This document shows positions 30,214 to 41,149 of a stretch of DNA of 64,000 bases, in pieces. The stretch lies in IMG/VR virus record IMGVR_UViG_3300028844_005393, positions 16,181-80,180 of that record; one strand, 5' to 3'. The position numbers and the translations under genes are program-made. Within the stretch, counting starts at the first letter, position 1; every line of letters begins with the position of its first letter. The notes below the pieces were generated by a model that did no database searches, had not been told where the DNA came from, and saw nothing but the letters and a program-made list of their open reading frames with translations. Origin of the DNA: a virus.

Positions 30214-31610
30214 GCATATACAGAGAAATAGAACAAACTGATAAAGTGTTTGGTCGTGTAAGAAAAGTATCTTCTGGATTGTTTTCTTCCGGATTCGAGT
30301 GTACTGAATTTTTTATAGACCACTCTGAATTAAAAAGTAATATAAGTGGGTGGAAGCAACTAAACGCAGAAACTAAAAATTACGATTTAACAGAAACAAA
30401 TTTTGACGACTTTGGTAACTTAACAAATAAACCAATTGAAGAAGAATCGGGTGATGAATTTACTACAAACACTTTGAGTGAAAATAAAAAAAAATGGAAT
30501 GAAGTTGTTTTTGGTGACTACTATGTAAATATATATAATGAACCAACTTACATTGACGGAATTCCAAACGATAACTCAATTGCACAATTCTCAATTTCAT
30601 ACGGAAACAAACACGGATACGGATCACTAAATTCTGATTTGTCAACTTCTGTAACAAAAGCAGTATATAATCAATACAAAAATATTTTATTAGGACCCGG
30701 AGATTCTAGTTGGACATTTTCACTGGATTCAAATACAACTGCATTTAAAGATAGAGATTCTATTTATGTAATAAACTTTTCTTCATCTCAATTAAAAGAA
30801 AAATTTGATCCTGGTAATTTAGAATTTAGATTGACCGTTCAACACGAAGATATAACCGTGACCGAAACATTTCGTGATGATAGTCGTTTTGTTTCAAGTG
30901 CAAATAAAAACTCATCTACTGGTAAAGTATATCAAATTGTTACTGGTGCTATTGTTGATGAAATGACTGACGAAAAACGATATGCAAGTGGTTCAGGTGA
31001 GGGGTCTGGGGAAAGTTTTGGATTTGCTTATCCTGACTTGGGAATTCTTGTATTAAATCCGTATGCTTTATCTTGTCACTTTGGAAGTAAAATCGAAGAG
31101 GAATTGATAAGTCGTGGGGATTCCGAACAAGCATCGAGAAAAGACAATAAAGGAAGACAATTAAGTTGGTATGGATTTAGTGATCCAAATGAACTCAATG
31201 AATCAAACGATCAGTTATTTGGTACAGAAAGAAACCATCAAAACTTTATGAAAATATTCAACGCAATAAAGTTGGGTGGGTCTTTCAAAGCAAGAAGTAC
31301 CGAATTTGTTCCATCTAAACACTATTTTATACGAGTAAAAAATACCGACTTTAATTATAGTAACAACCCATCGTTTGTTTATTCCGGAAAAGAAGCAACC
31401 CAAATACATGAAGAAGGATCAGGACCAAACAGAGATTATTGGGTGGGTAGACTGCGACATGAAGATTTCATAGATGATCCAAAGTCTTATATAACAACTA
31501 TAGGTTTATATAATGAAAACAATGAATTGGTCGCAGTTGCAAAGTGTAGTGTACCTATACTAAAAAGTTTTGATACAGAGACATTGATAAAAGTAAAATT
31601 AGACTTCTAA
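30210..31610 (+). CDS. Virion structural protein
   Basis: C-terminal FNYSNNPSF..YITTIGLYNENNELVAVAK..KVKLDF, paralogous to the C-terminus of 31653..41096. Confidence 0.7.
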   Translation: MSIYREIEQTDKVFGRVRKVSSGLFSSGFECTEFFIDHSELKSNISGWKQLNAETKNYDLTETNFDDFGNLTNKPIEEESGDEFTTNTLSENKKKWNEVVFGDYYVNIYNEPTYIDGIPNDNSIAQFSISYGNKHGYGSLNSDLSTSVTKAVYNQYKNILLGPGDSSWTFSLDSNTTAFKDRDSIYVINFSSSQLKEKFDPGNLEFRLTVQHEDITVTETFRDDSRFVSSANKNSSTGKVYQIVTGAIVDEMTDEKRYASGSGEGSGESFGFAYPDLGILVLNPYALSCHFGSKIEEELISRGDSEQASRKDNKGRQLSWYGFSDPNELNESNDQLFGTERNHQNFMKIFNAIKLGGSFKARSTEFVPSKHYFIRVKNTDFNYSNNPSFVYSGKEATQIHEEGSGPNRDYWVGRLRHEDFIDDPKSYITTIGLYNENNELVAVAKCSVPILKSFDTETLIKVKLDF

Positions 31611-31652
31611 AGAATACGTATAAATATTTTAAAATAAATATATTTATATATT

Positions 31653-34600
31653 GTGATAAAAGTATTGAAATTATCAAATAAGTCGGTCACACGATTTAGC
31701 ACAAATAAAAAATGGAATTATAGTACACTTGATTCGGGAAGTAATATAATACTAGAACAGGGTGATAATGTTCCTTTATTCTCTTCGTCTGTAAATAAAT
31801 TATCAACCGAACAAAATTCTTCTGAATTTCAATTAAACATGAGATTTGGAAAAAAGATTTCTGGTACATTTTTTAGCAAAAATAGTAAACACTTTGATGA
31901 AACCAAAGAACCATTAAATTACGATGGCTCTTATCAAAGAGTTGTGTTTAATAGTATAAAGCATTTATTTTACAACGATTATGGTACCGTGGGTGGTAAT
32001 GATGAATTAAACAGTTTTTACAAAAACCCATTAAATTTATTTGGAAGTGAAACTGGAATTTACTCATCATCAAGTTTTAACTCCAAAACACTTGAAGAAG
32101 ACCCACGAAGTGAAAGAAGAGTTTTAAAAGACGAAGTAACTGTCCTTGAAGTACCGTCTAATGTATTTGGTGAAAAAATAAAACCAGGTACATTAAAAAT
32201 AACAGATAATAGTTCGGATTATGATTCTATTGAAATTGTTGACGATGGAAACACTAACTTAATAATAGGTAGTGGTAACTTTAATAATGTAAATGAAATG
32301 AACTTGAATAATAATTTATTTAGTTCAATTTCAGAAACATCATCTTCGGATAACAAGATAAATATAGATTATACAGATTTAAGTTATGGATATACAATAG
32401 ATACTCATGGAGATTTTTTATTATCAGGAGCACCTATTTTATCAGACTCGGTTTCTGAAAATCAATCTGGTCGTGCGTGTTTACACAAATATAATCCAAA
32501 AACTAAAAAGCACGAAATAATCAAAAACTTTTATTGTCCATTTACACAAAATGGAATTGCACACGAAAATAGAAATGATAATTGTGAATTCATCTTAACT
32601 GAACTCGGTGGTATTGTATCAAGTGAAGATTTTTTGGTAAATGACGACTTCGGAAAATCGGTTTCAATTAATGATACCATATGTGCGATTGGTTCTCCTG
32701 GTTCTCATATAAACGGAAGACATACTGAGCAAGCAACGGGTCATATTTTTGTTTATCACAAAGATAAGGGTGGTAAAGAAAATTGGGGAATTGTAAATGT
32801 ATTTGAGGGTACACCCAATTCTGAATTTGGTCATTCGGTATCAATAAACGAAGAGTTTATAGCAGTTGGTTCTCCAAACTTTGAAGATGGAATTGGTTGT
32901 GTTTACTTGTTCAAGAAAACAAAACGAACAAAAGAACATCCTTGGATAAAAACATCATCTGTATATGATTCGTATAAGTGGAACGATCTACTGGAAAAGT
33001 ATGAAGGAATTCCTAAACAGGATGATACAAAATACAAAGAGTATATTAAAATACGAGATAGTATTGTATCTCGCAGAATAGAAAAAATCAGAACAGAACT
33101 TAAAAAAATAAAAGAATCAGGGGTCATTTCCGAACTCGAATATTTAGATAGACTACCAACCAAGGATGATTTTAGTGAGATTTTTCCATTTGAGTATTTA
33201 TACACAACATCAAACGAATGTAATGATTCCGACACTCCTTGGTTTAAAGAAAAAATCTGGAATAAAAATACTCATCCTGCAACAAGATGTAATTCTAAAA
33301 ATTCTGACAAACATTTTAATAAATCAATGTGGCCTGGATACATGACCGATGAAAAAACTGATTTGTACATCCCCAACCCAGAACATGAACAAAACAAGGA
33401 TAACAAATGGGCATATAGATGGAAACTGCAAAATGTAGAGGGTGGTTCTGAGTCTATACATTTGTTCGGAGAGGATATAGAGTGTGAGTTAGATATATTT
33501 ACTACATTTGAAGACTCAACTCTGGGGTCGTTCGGAGACTCAAAACTACCATTAGTAGAATACTCAGAATCTCCAAAATATGCAATTGGTGATGTAACAT
33601 TTGATTTAGTTGGAGTAATAAAATCTCCTGATAAAGAAATCAGAAGATTTGGTGAAAAGGTAGTTTTAAATAAAAATAAATTATACATTTCATCTCATTC
33701 CACAACTAACCCAAAATGCTTTATGTTTCAAAAAACAACAAATGAGTTTGGTTGTGAAGTGTGGAACTTAAAAAATACAATTTCAGAAACTCAGTTATTG
33801 GGTCACGCTTCAAACTCTAAAATTGACGATTCATTGAATTATGCTCAAATCAATCATTATGATTCTTTTTTTGAAATTGAAATATGCCCAAAACACGACA
33901 ACTACGATAAGTGGATATATAGTTTTGATAAACCAATATTAAATTCAGAAAAGGTTGTAGTAAGTGGAACTCGGATTGATAAGTGTGATTCAAAATGCAT
34001 AGACACGGGATCATATAATTATTATTCAAGATTTAGGCATATAGGATTAAAAGAAGCAGGACACCTAAAACACAATTATGGAGAATCCACAGAAGTGATT
34101 TCAGGAGAAACTGGTAAGTTCTATAAACGTCCGAGTAATTATGATCCATATACACAACCATTGTTAATGTCCCAAAACGAAACAATGGAGTTATCCTGGA
34201 AACGTTTTCGTGAAAATGTTTCATTTGCTTATACAAATGTTCCACCTGGGAAGCATAAGTCAAAAATGACAATATACTCAAATAAAGCAAAATTAAAAGA
34301 TGGAACTTATGATGAAAAAGAAACACTTGCTGAAATTGAAGCAAATGAAACATTAAATAATAAAAAAGTTAGATTGATTTTAAATAGTGGGTTGGGAGAG
34401 TCTGAATACTTTTACGAGTTTTTATTTCGTGGATCGCTAGACGGAACACATTATACACTAAATGAACTTGTAGATAAAATTGATTATGCGTGTACACTAC
34501 CACCCAACATTGGTTCGTTTGTAGATATAAGTGACAAATTAGATGATACTTTACATAATCATGGAAATTGTAAATTTTTCTCAAAAGAAAAATCAGCAAG

Positions 34601-37600
34601 TTCGTATATTGAACCTTGGAGTGCAGACGATACAATTGCTATTTCATGGAAGAACTTTCGTGAGAATGTATCTTTTTCATATCCAGCAGTAAAAAGTGGA
34701 AGTCAACCATCGTTTATGACAATTTATGCAAACGAAGCAAAACTAAAAGATGGAACATATGATCCAATTCACACACTTGCTGAAATTGGAGCACACGAAA
34801 CATTAAATGGAGAAATTGTGCGTTTGACATTTAATAGTGGTTTTGTGAACGGAGATGAATATTATTATGAATTTCTATATTGTGGGTCAATAGAAGGAAC
34901 TCATTTTACATTAAACGAATTAAAACAATCATTAGATTACGAATGTACATTGCCACCAAATCAAGGTGAGTCTATATCAATCGCAGAAGAACACTTTGAC
35001 GATCCTTTAAAAAATAAGCAATATGCAAGATTCTTTTCTAAAGGATTGGATTCATTGTCATATGTAGAGCCGTGGAGTGCAGATGATACAATTGCATTGT
35101 CATGGAAAAATGTTCGTGAGAATGTATCTTTTTCATATCCAGCAGTTAAAAGTGGAAAGCAACCATCATTTATGACGATTTATGCTAACGAGGCAAAACA
35201 AGACGATGGAACATACAACCCACTTTATACAATTGCCGAGATAGGAGCACATGAAACTTTAAATGGTAAAAAAGTAAGACTCACATTTAATACCGGATTT
35301 GCGGGTGGAGACGAATACTATTACGAATTTATATATCGTGGGTCAATAGAAGGAACACATTTTACACTAAATGAACTTAGAACTAAATTAGATGACGGTT
35401 ATGCAGAAACGCAGATAAACTCGGGTGATATTCGTTATATCAAAAATTATGATAAGTTAAATATCCACAAACGTTGTAGGTTACCAAAGTTTTATACCAA
35501 GTTTGAAAGTCAATTATCATATGTTGAACCTTATTCAAGTGATGATCACATAGCAATATCTTGGAAAAACTTCCGTGAAAATATTTCATTTTCATATCCA
35601 AACATAAAGACCGGTTCTGAACCAAGTTTCATGACGATTTATTCTAACGAAGCAAAACAAGTTGACGGAACATACGATCCGATTTACACTCTTGCAGAGA
35701 TTGGTGCAGATAACGCATTGAATGGTCAAAACGTAAAATTATATATAAATGCCGATAATTGTGAACATGATAACACATATTATTATGAATTTATTTATAA
35801 TGGTTCGGTAAATGGAACTCACTATACACTAAACGAATTAAAACCAAAATTTGATTATGAGTGCAATTTTCCACCAAATTTAGGAAAGTCAGTTGAATTA
35901 AAAACACTGGATGGTAGATTTAAGGAAAACAACGGTGCTAGGTTTTTTAGTAAATCCGAAGATTCGTTGTCATTTCTAGGCACACACTCCACCGAAGATA
36001 CAATGGGTTTATCTTGGAAGAATTTCCGAGAGAATGTATCTTTTTCTTACCCAAGAGTAAAACAGGGAACTAAACCTTCGTTTATGGCAATTTATTCCAA
36101 CGATGCAAAGAGGTCAGACGGAACATACGACCCAATGTATATGTTAGCAGAAATTGGTGCACATGAAACCCTTAACAATAAAATGGTTAGATTAACACTA
36201 AATAGTGGGTTTGTAAATGGAGACGAGCACTACTATGAATTTCTATATCGTGGGTCAGTACAAGGAACTCACTTTACTTTAAATGAACTAAAAACATCAC
36301 ACGAATATGATTGTACACTTCCACCAAACCAAGGTGGGTATGTGTCAATCTCAGATAAAAACTTCAAAGACGCACTTAACAATAAATCTAGGGCAAAATT
36401 CTACTCAAAGAGTGAAGATGGATTATCATATGTTGAACCTTGGAGTGATGATAAAACAATTGCAATATCTTGGAAGAACTTTCGTGAGAATGTATCTTTT
36501 TCATATCCAGCAGTTAAAAGTGGAAGTCAACCATCGTTTATGACAATTTATTCAAACGAAGCAAAGAGTGTAGATGGAACATATGACCCAATCCATACAC
36601 TTGCTGAGATTGGAGCACATGATACTTTAAATGGCAAGAAAGTAAGACTCACATTCAACACAGGATTTGTTGGTGGGTCCGAGTATTATTATGAATTTAT
36701 ATATACAGGCAGTGTACACGGAACTCACTATACATTAAATGAACTAAAAGAATCTTTTGATTACGAATGCACACTACCACCTAATATGGGAAAGTATGTA
36801 TCTTTGTCAAAAATAGAATTTGATGATTATTTAGATAATAACGACAAAGCAAAGTTTTATACAAAGAGTGTTGAACAATCCGCATACATACAGAACCCAA
36901 CATCTAAAGATGAAATTGCTATTAGTTGGAAAAATTTCAGAGAAAATGTTTCTTTTTCATATCCTAACGTAAAATCTGGAAACGAACCAAGTTTTATGTC
37001 AATTTATTCAAATGACGCAAAGGATAAAAAGGGAAGATATGATCCCATCAAAGCACTTGCGGAGATAGGTGCAGATGTGGGTTTAAATGGCAAAATAGTT
37101 AGATTAACATTTAATACAGGTTCAACTAATGATGACGAGTTTTATTATGAATTTAAATATGACGGATCGTTGACTGGTAAAAATTATACATTAAATGAAT
37201 TAGCTGAAAACGATTTACTACATAAAGTTGAGTCTGGAAATCACATACAAAGAAAAAACAATTCTGTAATTGAATTTAAGGTGTCGGAAAAAATACATAG
37301 AATAAAAGTTGAGAAGGTACAAAAAGAAAAATCAAATAAAATAACTACAACAAAAAATAAAAAGTTAAATACAATTAAGTCGTTTGGTTTGTTAGAAAAA
37401 AACAAGGGAAAATTAGAAGTAATTGATATTAAATTACGAGATGATATATTACAGTCATCCGAATCATTAAACTTTTATAGTCGTGATGATGATGATGAAT
37501 TATATACAGAGAATACCAAATTAAAAAACGAAGTTCAAATTGATTGGAGGAATTTTAGAGACGGTGTTAGTTTTTATTATCCTATTGTTTTAAAAGAAGA

Positions 37601-40600
37601 TAACAATACACCTGTAAAAATGACAATTTATAGTGACCACGAGAATGTAGATGGGTATGATAAACATAGAAAACTTGCAGAGATTATTACAAATTCTGGA
37701 TTAAACGGTGAGGTTGTTCGTCTTAGTTTAGAACCAAAGGAGACGAATTCTATATTCTATGAGTTTATGTTCGATGGTCAACCCGAAGAAGGTTCGCATT
37801 ATACATTAGCAGAATTAAGTACAAAAATACCAAATAATCGTTTATTCAAAAGTAATGATACAACACCAACGACAGAGGGTGGGACTATAAAAAATCAAGC
37901 AAGAGAAAGCTTTATTCCACCGATTGTATACTCAAGTGACTTAGAAAGTTGTAAGGTAAAACTTGATAAAAGTAAAATTACAAGTGGACGACATAATTTA
38001 TATATTTTATTGGTTGATTCTAAATTAAAACCACTTGGAGAAGAAACGAAAATAGAAATGTACAACAATCCAAGTTTTTACAATTTAGAAGATAGAAGAA
38101 ATTTGGTAAAAAAATCATACGGTTACTCTGATAATATAAAATCTGAGTTTGGACGGGGTATTGATGCTTCCGACAAATATGTGGTAATAGGAAATCCTTC
38201 GGATAGAGTATATTACCTAAATTCAACAAAGTCATGTGTTGCTGGAAGTGCTTTTGTATATAGAGTAAATGATGATGATTTGAATTTCATTGAAAAGATA
38301 TATGGTGAAGATGACTACGAAAACAATTTTAGTTCTGGATTTGGAAATGATGTTTCTATTTTAGGAAGTAACTTTTTAGTGGGAAGTTATTCACATGAAA
38401 TATCAGATATGACTCTTACGGAAACTAATTCTGCAAAACGACTAGATATTGAAGACTTAGAGTTTGGTGTATCCAAGTTTACAGATGAAGTATATACTAC
38501 AACCGATGCACTTATTACCGACTATGAAGTGGATTTAAGCAGTGAGTTTGGTGACGCATTAATAAAAGTAAAACTGGATGGTTTAAATATAGACAAATCA
38601 TTAATTTCAGAGTCCACATTAAGAGCAAATTTTATAGATACAGGAAACGAGACGATTCGTATTACACAGGTAGAAGGAGAAAGTACAGAGTCAATAAACG
38701 GAACATATCGTTTAGTTAAATCTCCTATACAAATAAAATCTGGATGTGAAATTGATTTTAATGAAAATTATCGTGTTTACATTAACAAAAACAATTGGTC
38801 AATATTTTTTGACAAACTAAGAGGTGCGTGGATTCTCACCGATACTCCAAATGTCTCTGTTGAATATGAAATTCCAAGTGAATGGACCGATGTATTAAAA
38901 CACTTTGAAAGAATAAACTTACTAGATAAGTTTAATATATTGACAGAAGAAATGATAAATACTGCATTAAGTTTATATAATATAATAGATGAAGATATAA
39001 CAACAACTTGGAGATCACGAAAGCAAAAACAAATTCCAAAAAATAACATAAGATACGCAGATTTATTTAGAGAGTTGGAATCTGTAACTAAACTAAAATT
39101 AAATCCTACTATAATTGAAAGATTATTTTATTTGTATAGTTCTAATTCACGAAAAAAAATTGATATATCTATTTTAAACAGATGGAAAAACTCAAACCAA
39201 AATATAGGGGTTCTTCCTTTTATATATGAACTAGATTCTGTCAATCCTATATCTCTTAATTTTGATTTATTGATAAAGACACTTGAGGTATATAATTTAA
39301 AAGATTATGAAATCGCAAAAACATGGTCAGTTAAATTGGGATATGAATATTTGCTCGGTGACTTGATAGATGATATTCGTCCTAAATACCATGATAATTT
39401 ATCATTATACAACCTAAGACTTATTAGCAAAATTGCATTTGATTTTATTAATGACCGAAACTATTCTGATTCTGATATTAGTAAAAATTATTTTAGAAAT
39501 TTAGTAAAACAAGACATTGCAATATATCTTGATAAATGGAAATCCCAGGTGGAAAACGGATTTTTATTAAGTGATGCGTTTAAGGATATAAATGAAAATA
39601 TAAATATAAACTTTTCAATATCAGACGAAGCATCAGAAGATGACCTACCAACAAAATTTAGCTATGGGGTTGGTACATTAAGCAATATGGAAATAAAAGT
39701 ATTTTCAAATAACGACACATCTGGTAACAATTCATCACTTACATGGGGAGTTTATCGTGATGCCACAAAGATAGTTGGTAATCAAATATATTTTTATGTA
39801 AATTTACTACCAGATACACAGTTAGATGACACCGTTGTGTTCGTTTACAACTCTGTAAAATCAGCAATAAATGGATATACCTATTATTACTCAATTGAGA
39901 ATGAAACTGGTAAGTGTAAGCAAATGAAGAGAATGAAAACAAATAAAAAGAAATACTCTTGCAAAAAGCAATATGGATTTGCAGTAAGTTTGAGTAACAA
40001 TTTTATATGTGTGGGTTCTCCTGTTCTTGGTAATTTTAATATAGACGAACTAATTACATTCGGAGGAAGTTCGGTAGTATCATTCGGAACATCCGAGAAA
40101 ATGTACATTGAGTATAATGCAATACATCCCTCTTATATAAATGAACTTGGTAAAAATATTGTAGGAACAATTATAACATACGATCACTCTGCGATAAAAG
40201 ATAACAAAAAACATTATATAGGAAATGTATTTTACAAAAATGGTGTCATTACACTTACAGACAGAGCAGGATATTTTACAAATGTATTAAGCAACAGTGG
40301 AGTTTCTGGATTTGAATTAGAATTTAAATCAATGCACACTTTATATGAAAATGAAATTTTATGCAAAATTGAACCACATGAATTTAATTTTAGTACCAAC
40401 CCAACCGCAGTCGTAGCTGGTGGAATCAACTATGATATAAACAACGATGGAAGATTTGATATAATAGATGCTTCCTACATTTACAAATATATAATGGGAG
40501 AAATTGGTCCAATTGAAAAATCCGATGAAGAAATAATAGAAGAACACAACGCAATTAAATTAGGTTCTAATGATAATTGGCCAAAACAAGATTTATTAAT

Positions 40601-41096
40601 GACCGAGTCAGAAGATGCTTTATTAATGGATTTATTCGTAAACTCAGAAATACTAGAAAAACGACCTGATTATGAAAAGGTTCTTATTAATTTAAAAGAA
40701 AAGTACGATAATGGAGATTTTGACATAAACGGAGATGGTAAAACAGATGAAGTTGATGCGAATTTACTGCTAAGATACTTCTTGGGAAGACGGGGAAACT
40801 ATCTTACACGAAATTTAATAAGTAAATATGATGACTCAACAAGAAAAGATTCTAGTAGTATAATTAAATACCTAGACGAACAAACTGGAAAAAATCTAGG
40901 AAAAAAAATATTAAAAGATTTCCAAGATTTTTCTGAGAATGATAAAAAAGATTCGGTGGGAAGTTATTTAGCACCATATGCCACAACCATAGGTCTTTAT
41001 AGTGGTTTAGATTTAGTAATGGTTGCAAAATTAGGCAAACCCGTAAAGATATTACCCAACTACCCAATAAACTTTTTAATAAAATTTGATAATTAA
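31653..41096 (+). CDS. Giant virion adhesin-like protein (3147 aa): FG-GAP repeats, 8 SWKNFRE repeats, dockerin/EF-hand-like pair
   Basis: FG.SVSI..AVGSP..G.VY repeats; eight ~152-aa repeats; DINNDGRFDIID and DINGDGKTDEVD loops; C-terminal TTIGLY..MVAKLGKP. Confidence 0.8.
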   Translation: MIKVLKLSNKSVTRFSTNKKWNYSTLDSGSNIILEQGDNVPLFSSSVNKLSTEQNSSEFQLNMRFGKKISGTFFSKNSKHFDETKEPLNYDGSYQRVVFNSIKHLFYNDYGTVGGNDELNSFYKNPLNLFGSETGIYSSSSFNSKTLEEDPRSERRVLKDEVTVLEVPSNVFGEKIKPGTLKITDNSSDYDSIEIVDDGNTNLIIGSGNFNNVNEMNLNNNLFSSISETSSSDNKINIDYTDLSYGYTIDTHGDFLLSGAPILSDSVSENQSGRACLHKYNPKTKKHEIIKNFYCPFTQNGIAHENRNDNCEFILTELGGIVSSEDFLVNDDFGKSVSINDTICAIGSPGSHINGRHTEQATGHIFVYHKDKGGKENWGIVNVFEGTPNSEFGHSVSINEEFIAVGSPNFEDGIGCVYLFKKTKRTKEHPWIKTSSVYDSYKWNDLLEKYEGIPKQDDTKYKEYIKIRDSIVSRRIEKIRTELKKIKESGVISELEYLDRLPTKDDFSEIFPFEYLYTTSNECNDSDTPWFKEKIWNKNTHPATRCNSKNSDKHFNKSMWPGYMTDEKTDLYIPNPEHEQNKDNKWAYRWKLQNVEGGSESIHLFGEDIECELDIFTTFEDSTLGSFGDSKLPLVEYSESPKYAIGDVTFDLVGVIKSPDKEIRRFGEKVVLNKNKLYISSHSTTNPKCFMFQKTTNEFGCEVWNLKNTISETQLLGHASNSKIDDSLNYAQINHYDSFFEIEICPKHDNYDKWIYSFDKPILNSEKVVVSGTRIDKCDSKCIDTGSYNYYSRFRHIGLKEAGHLKHNYGESTEVISGETGKFYKRPSNYDPYTQPLLMSQNETMELSWKRFRENVSFAYTNVPPGKHKSKMTIYSNKAKLKDGTYDEKETLAEIEANETLNNKKVRLILNSGLGESEYFYEFLFRGSLDGTHYTLNELVDKIDYACTLPPNIGSFVDISDKLDDTLHNHGNCKFFSKEKSASSYIEPWSADDTIAISWKNFRENVSFSYPAVKSGSQPSFMTIYANEAKLKDGTYDPIHTLAEIGAHETLNGEIVRLTFNSGFVNGDEYYYEFLYCGSIEGTHFTLNELKQSLDYECTLPPNQGESISIAEEHFDDPLKNKQYARFFSKGLDSLSYVEPWSADDTIALSWKNVRENVSFSYPAVKSGKQPSFMTIYANEAKQDDGTYNPLYTIAEIGAHETLNGKKVRLTFNTGFAGGDEYYYEFIYRGSIEGTHFTLNELRTKLDDGYAETQINSGDIRYIKNYDKLNIHKRCRLPKFYTKFESQLSYVEPYSSDDHIAISWKNFRENISFSYPNIKTGSEPSFMTIYSNEAKQVDGTYDPIYTLAEIGADNALNGQNVKLYINADNCEHDNTYYYEFIYNGSVNGTHYTLNELKPKFDYECNFPPNLGKSVELKTLDGRFKENNGARFFSKSEDSLSFLGTHSTEDTMGLSWKNFRENVSFSYPRVKQGTKPSFMAIYSNDAKRSDGTYDPMYMLAEIGAHETLNNKMVRLTLNSGFVNGDEHYYEFLYRGSVQGTHFTLNELKTSHEYDCTLPPNQGGYVSISDKNFKDALNNKSRAKFYSKSEDGLSYVEPWSDDKTIAISWKNFRENVSFSYPAVKSGSQPSFMTIYSNEAKSVDGTYDPIHTLAEIGAHDTLNGKKVRLTFNTGFVGGSEYYYEFIYTGSVHGTHYTLNELKESFDYECTLPPNMGKYVSLSKIEFDDYLDNNDKAKFYTKSVEQSAYIQNPTSKDEIAISWKNFRENVSFSYPNVKSGNEPSFMSIYSNDAKDKKGRYDPIKALAEIGADVGLNGKIVRLTFNTGSTNDDEFYYEFKYDGSLTGKNYTLNELAENDLLHKVESGNHIQRKNNSVIEFKVSEKIHRIKVEKVQKEKSNKITTTKNKKLNTIKSFGLLEKNKGKLEVIDIKLRDDILQSSESLNFYSRDDDDELYTENTKLKNEVQIDWRNFRDGVSFYYPIVLKEDNNTPVKMTIYSDHENVDGYDKHRKLAEIITNSGLNGEVVRLSLEPKETNSIFYEFMFDGQPEEGSHYTLAELSTKIPNNRLFKSNDTTPTTEGGTIKNQARESFIPPIVYSSDLESCKVKLDKSKITSGRHNLYILLVDSKLKPLGEETKIEMYNNPSFYNLEDRRNLVKKSYGYSDNIKSEFGRGIDASDKYVVIGNPSDRVYYLNSTKSCVAGSAFVYRVNDDDLNFIEKIYGEDDYENNFSSGFGNDVSILGSNFLVGSYSHEISDMTLTETNSAKRLDIEDLEFGVSKFTDEVYTTTDALITDYEVDLSSEFGDALIKVKLDGLNIDKSLISESTLRANFIDTGNETIRITQVEGESTESINGTYRLVKSPIQIKSGCEIDFNENYRVYINKNNWSIFFDKLRGAWILTDTPNVSVEYEIPSEWTDVLKHFERINLLDKFNILTEEMINTALSLYNIIDEDITTTWRSRKQKQIPKNNIRYADLFRELESVTKLKLNPTIIERLFYLYSSNSRKKIDISILNRWKNSNQNIGVLPFIYELDSVNPISLNFDLLIKTLEVYNLKDYEIAKTWSVKLGYEYLLGDLIDDIRPKYHDNLSLYNLRLISKIAFDFINDRNYSDSDISKNYFRNLVKQDIAIYLDKWKSQVENGFLLSDAFKDINENININFSISDEASEDDLPTKFSYGVGTLSNMEIKVFSNNDTSGNNSSLTWGVYRDATKIVGNQIYFYVNLLPDTQLDDTVVFVYNSVKSAINGYTYYYSIENETGKCKQMKRMKTNKKKYSCKKQYGFAVSLSNNFICVGSPVLGNFNIDELITFGGSSVVSFGTSEKMYIEYNAIHPSYINELGKNIVGTIITYDHSAIKDNKKHYIGNVFYKNGVITLTDRAGYFTNVLSNSGVSGFELEFKSMHTLYENEILCKIEPHEFNFSTNPTAVVAGGINYDINNDGRFDIIDASYIYKYIMGEIGPIEKSDEEIIEEHNAIKLGSNDNWPKQDLLMTESEDALLMDLFVNSEILEKRPDYEKVLINLKEKYDNGDFDINGDGKTDEVDANLLLRYFLGRRGNYLTRNLISKYDDSTRKDSSSIIKYLDEQTGKNLGKKILKDFQDFSENDKKDSVGSYLAPYATTIGLYSGLDLVMVAKLGKPVKILPNYPINFLIKFDN
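34100..37830 (+). repeat. Array of eight ~152-aa (~456-nt) domains
   Basis: The W(K/R)x(F/V)R(E/D) core recurs near 34197, 34647, 35103, 35562, 36015, 36471, 36927 and 37545. Confidence 0.92.
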
Positions 41097-41149
41097 GGAA
41101 AACTACTTAATATTTATGAATAACAACCAAATAACTGGAGAAACTTAAA

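Noticed and set aside
34100-37830. Diversity-generating retroelement template/variable repeats
   Set aside because: The repeats are whole in-frame domains, differences are not visibly adenine-specific, and there is no reverse transcriptase in the window.
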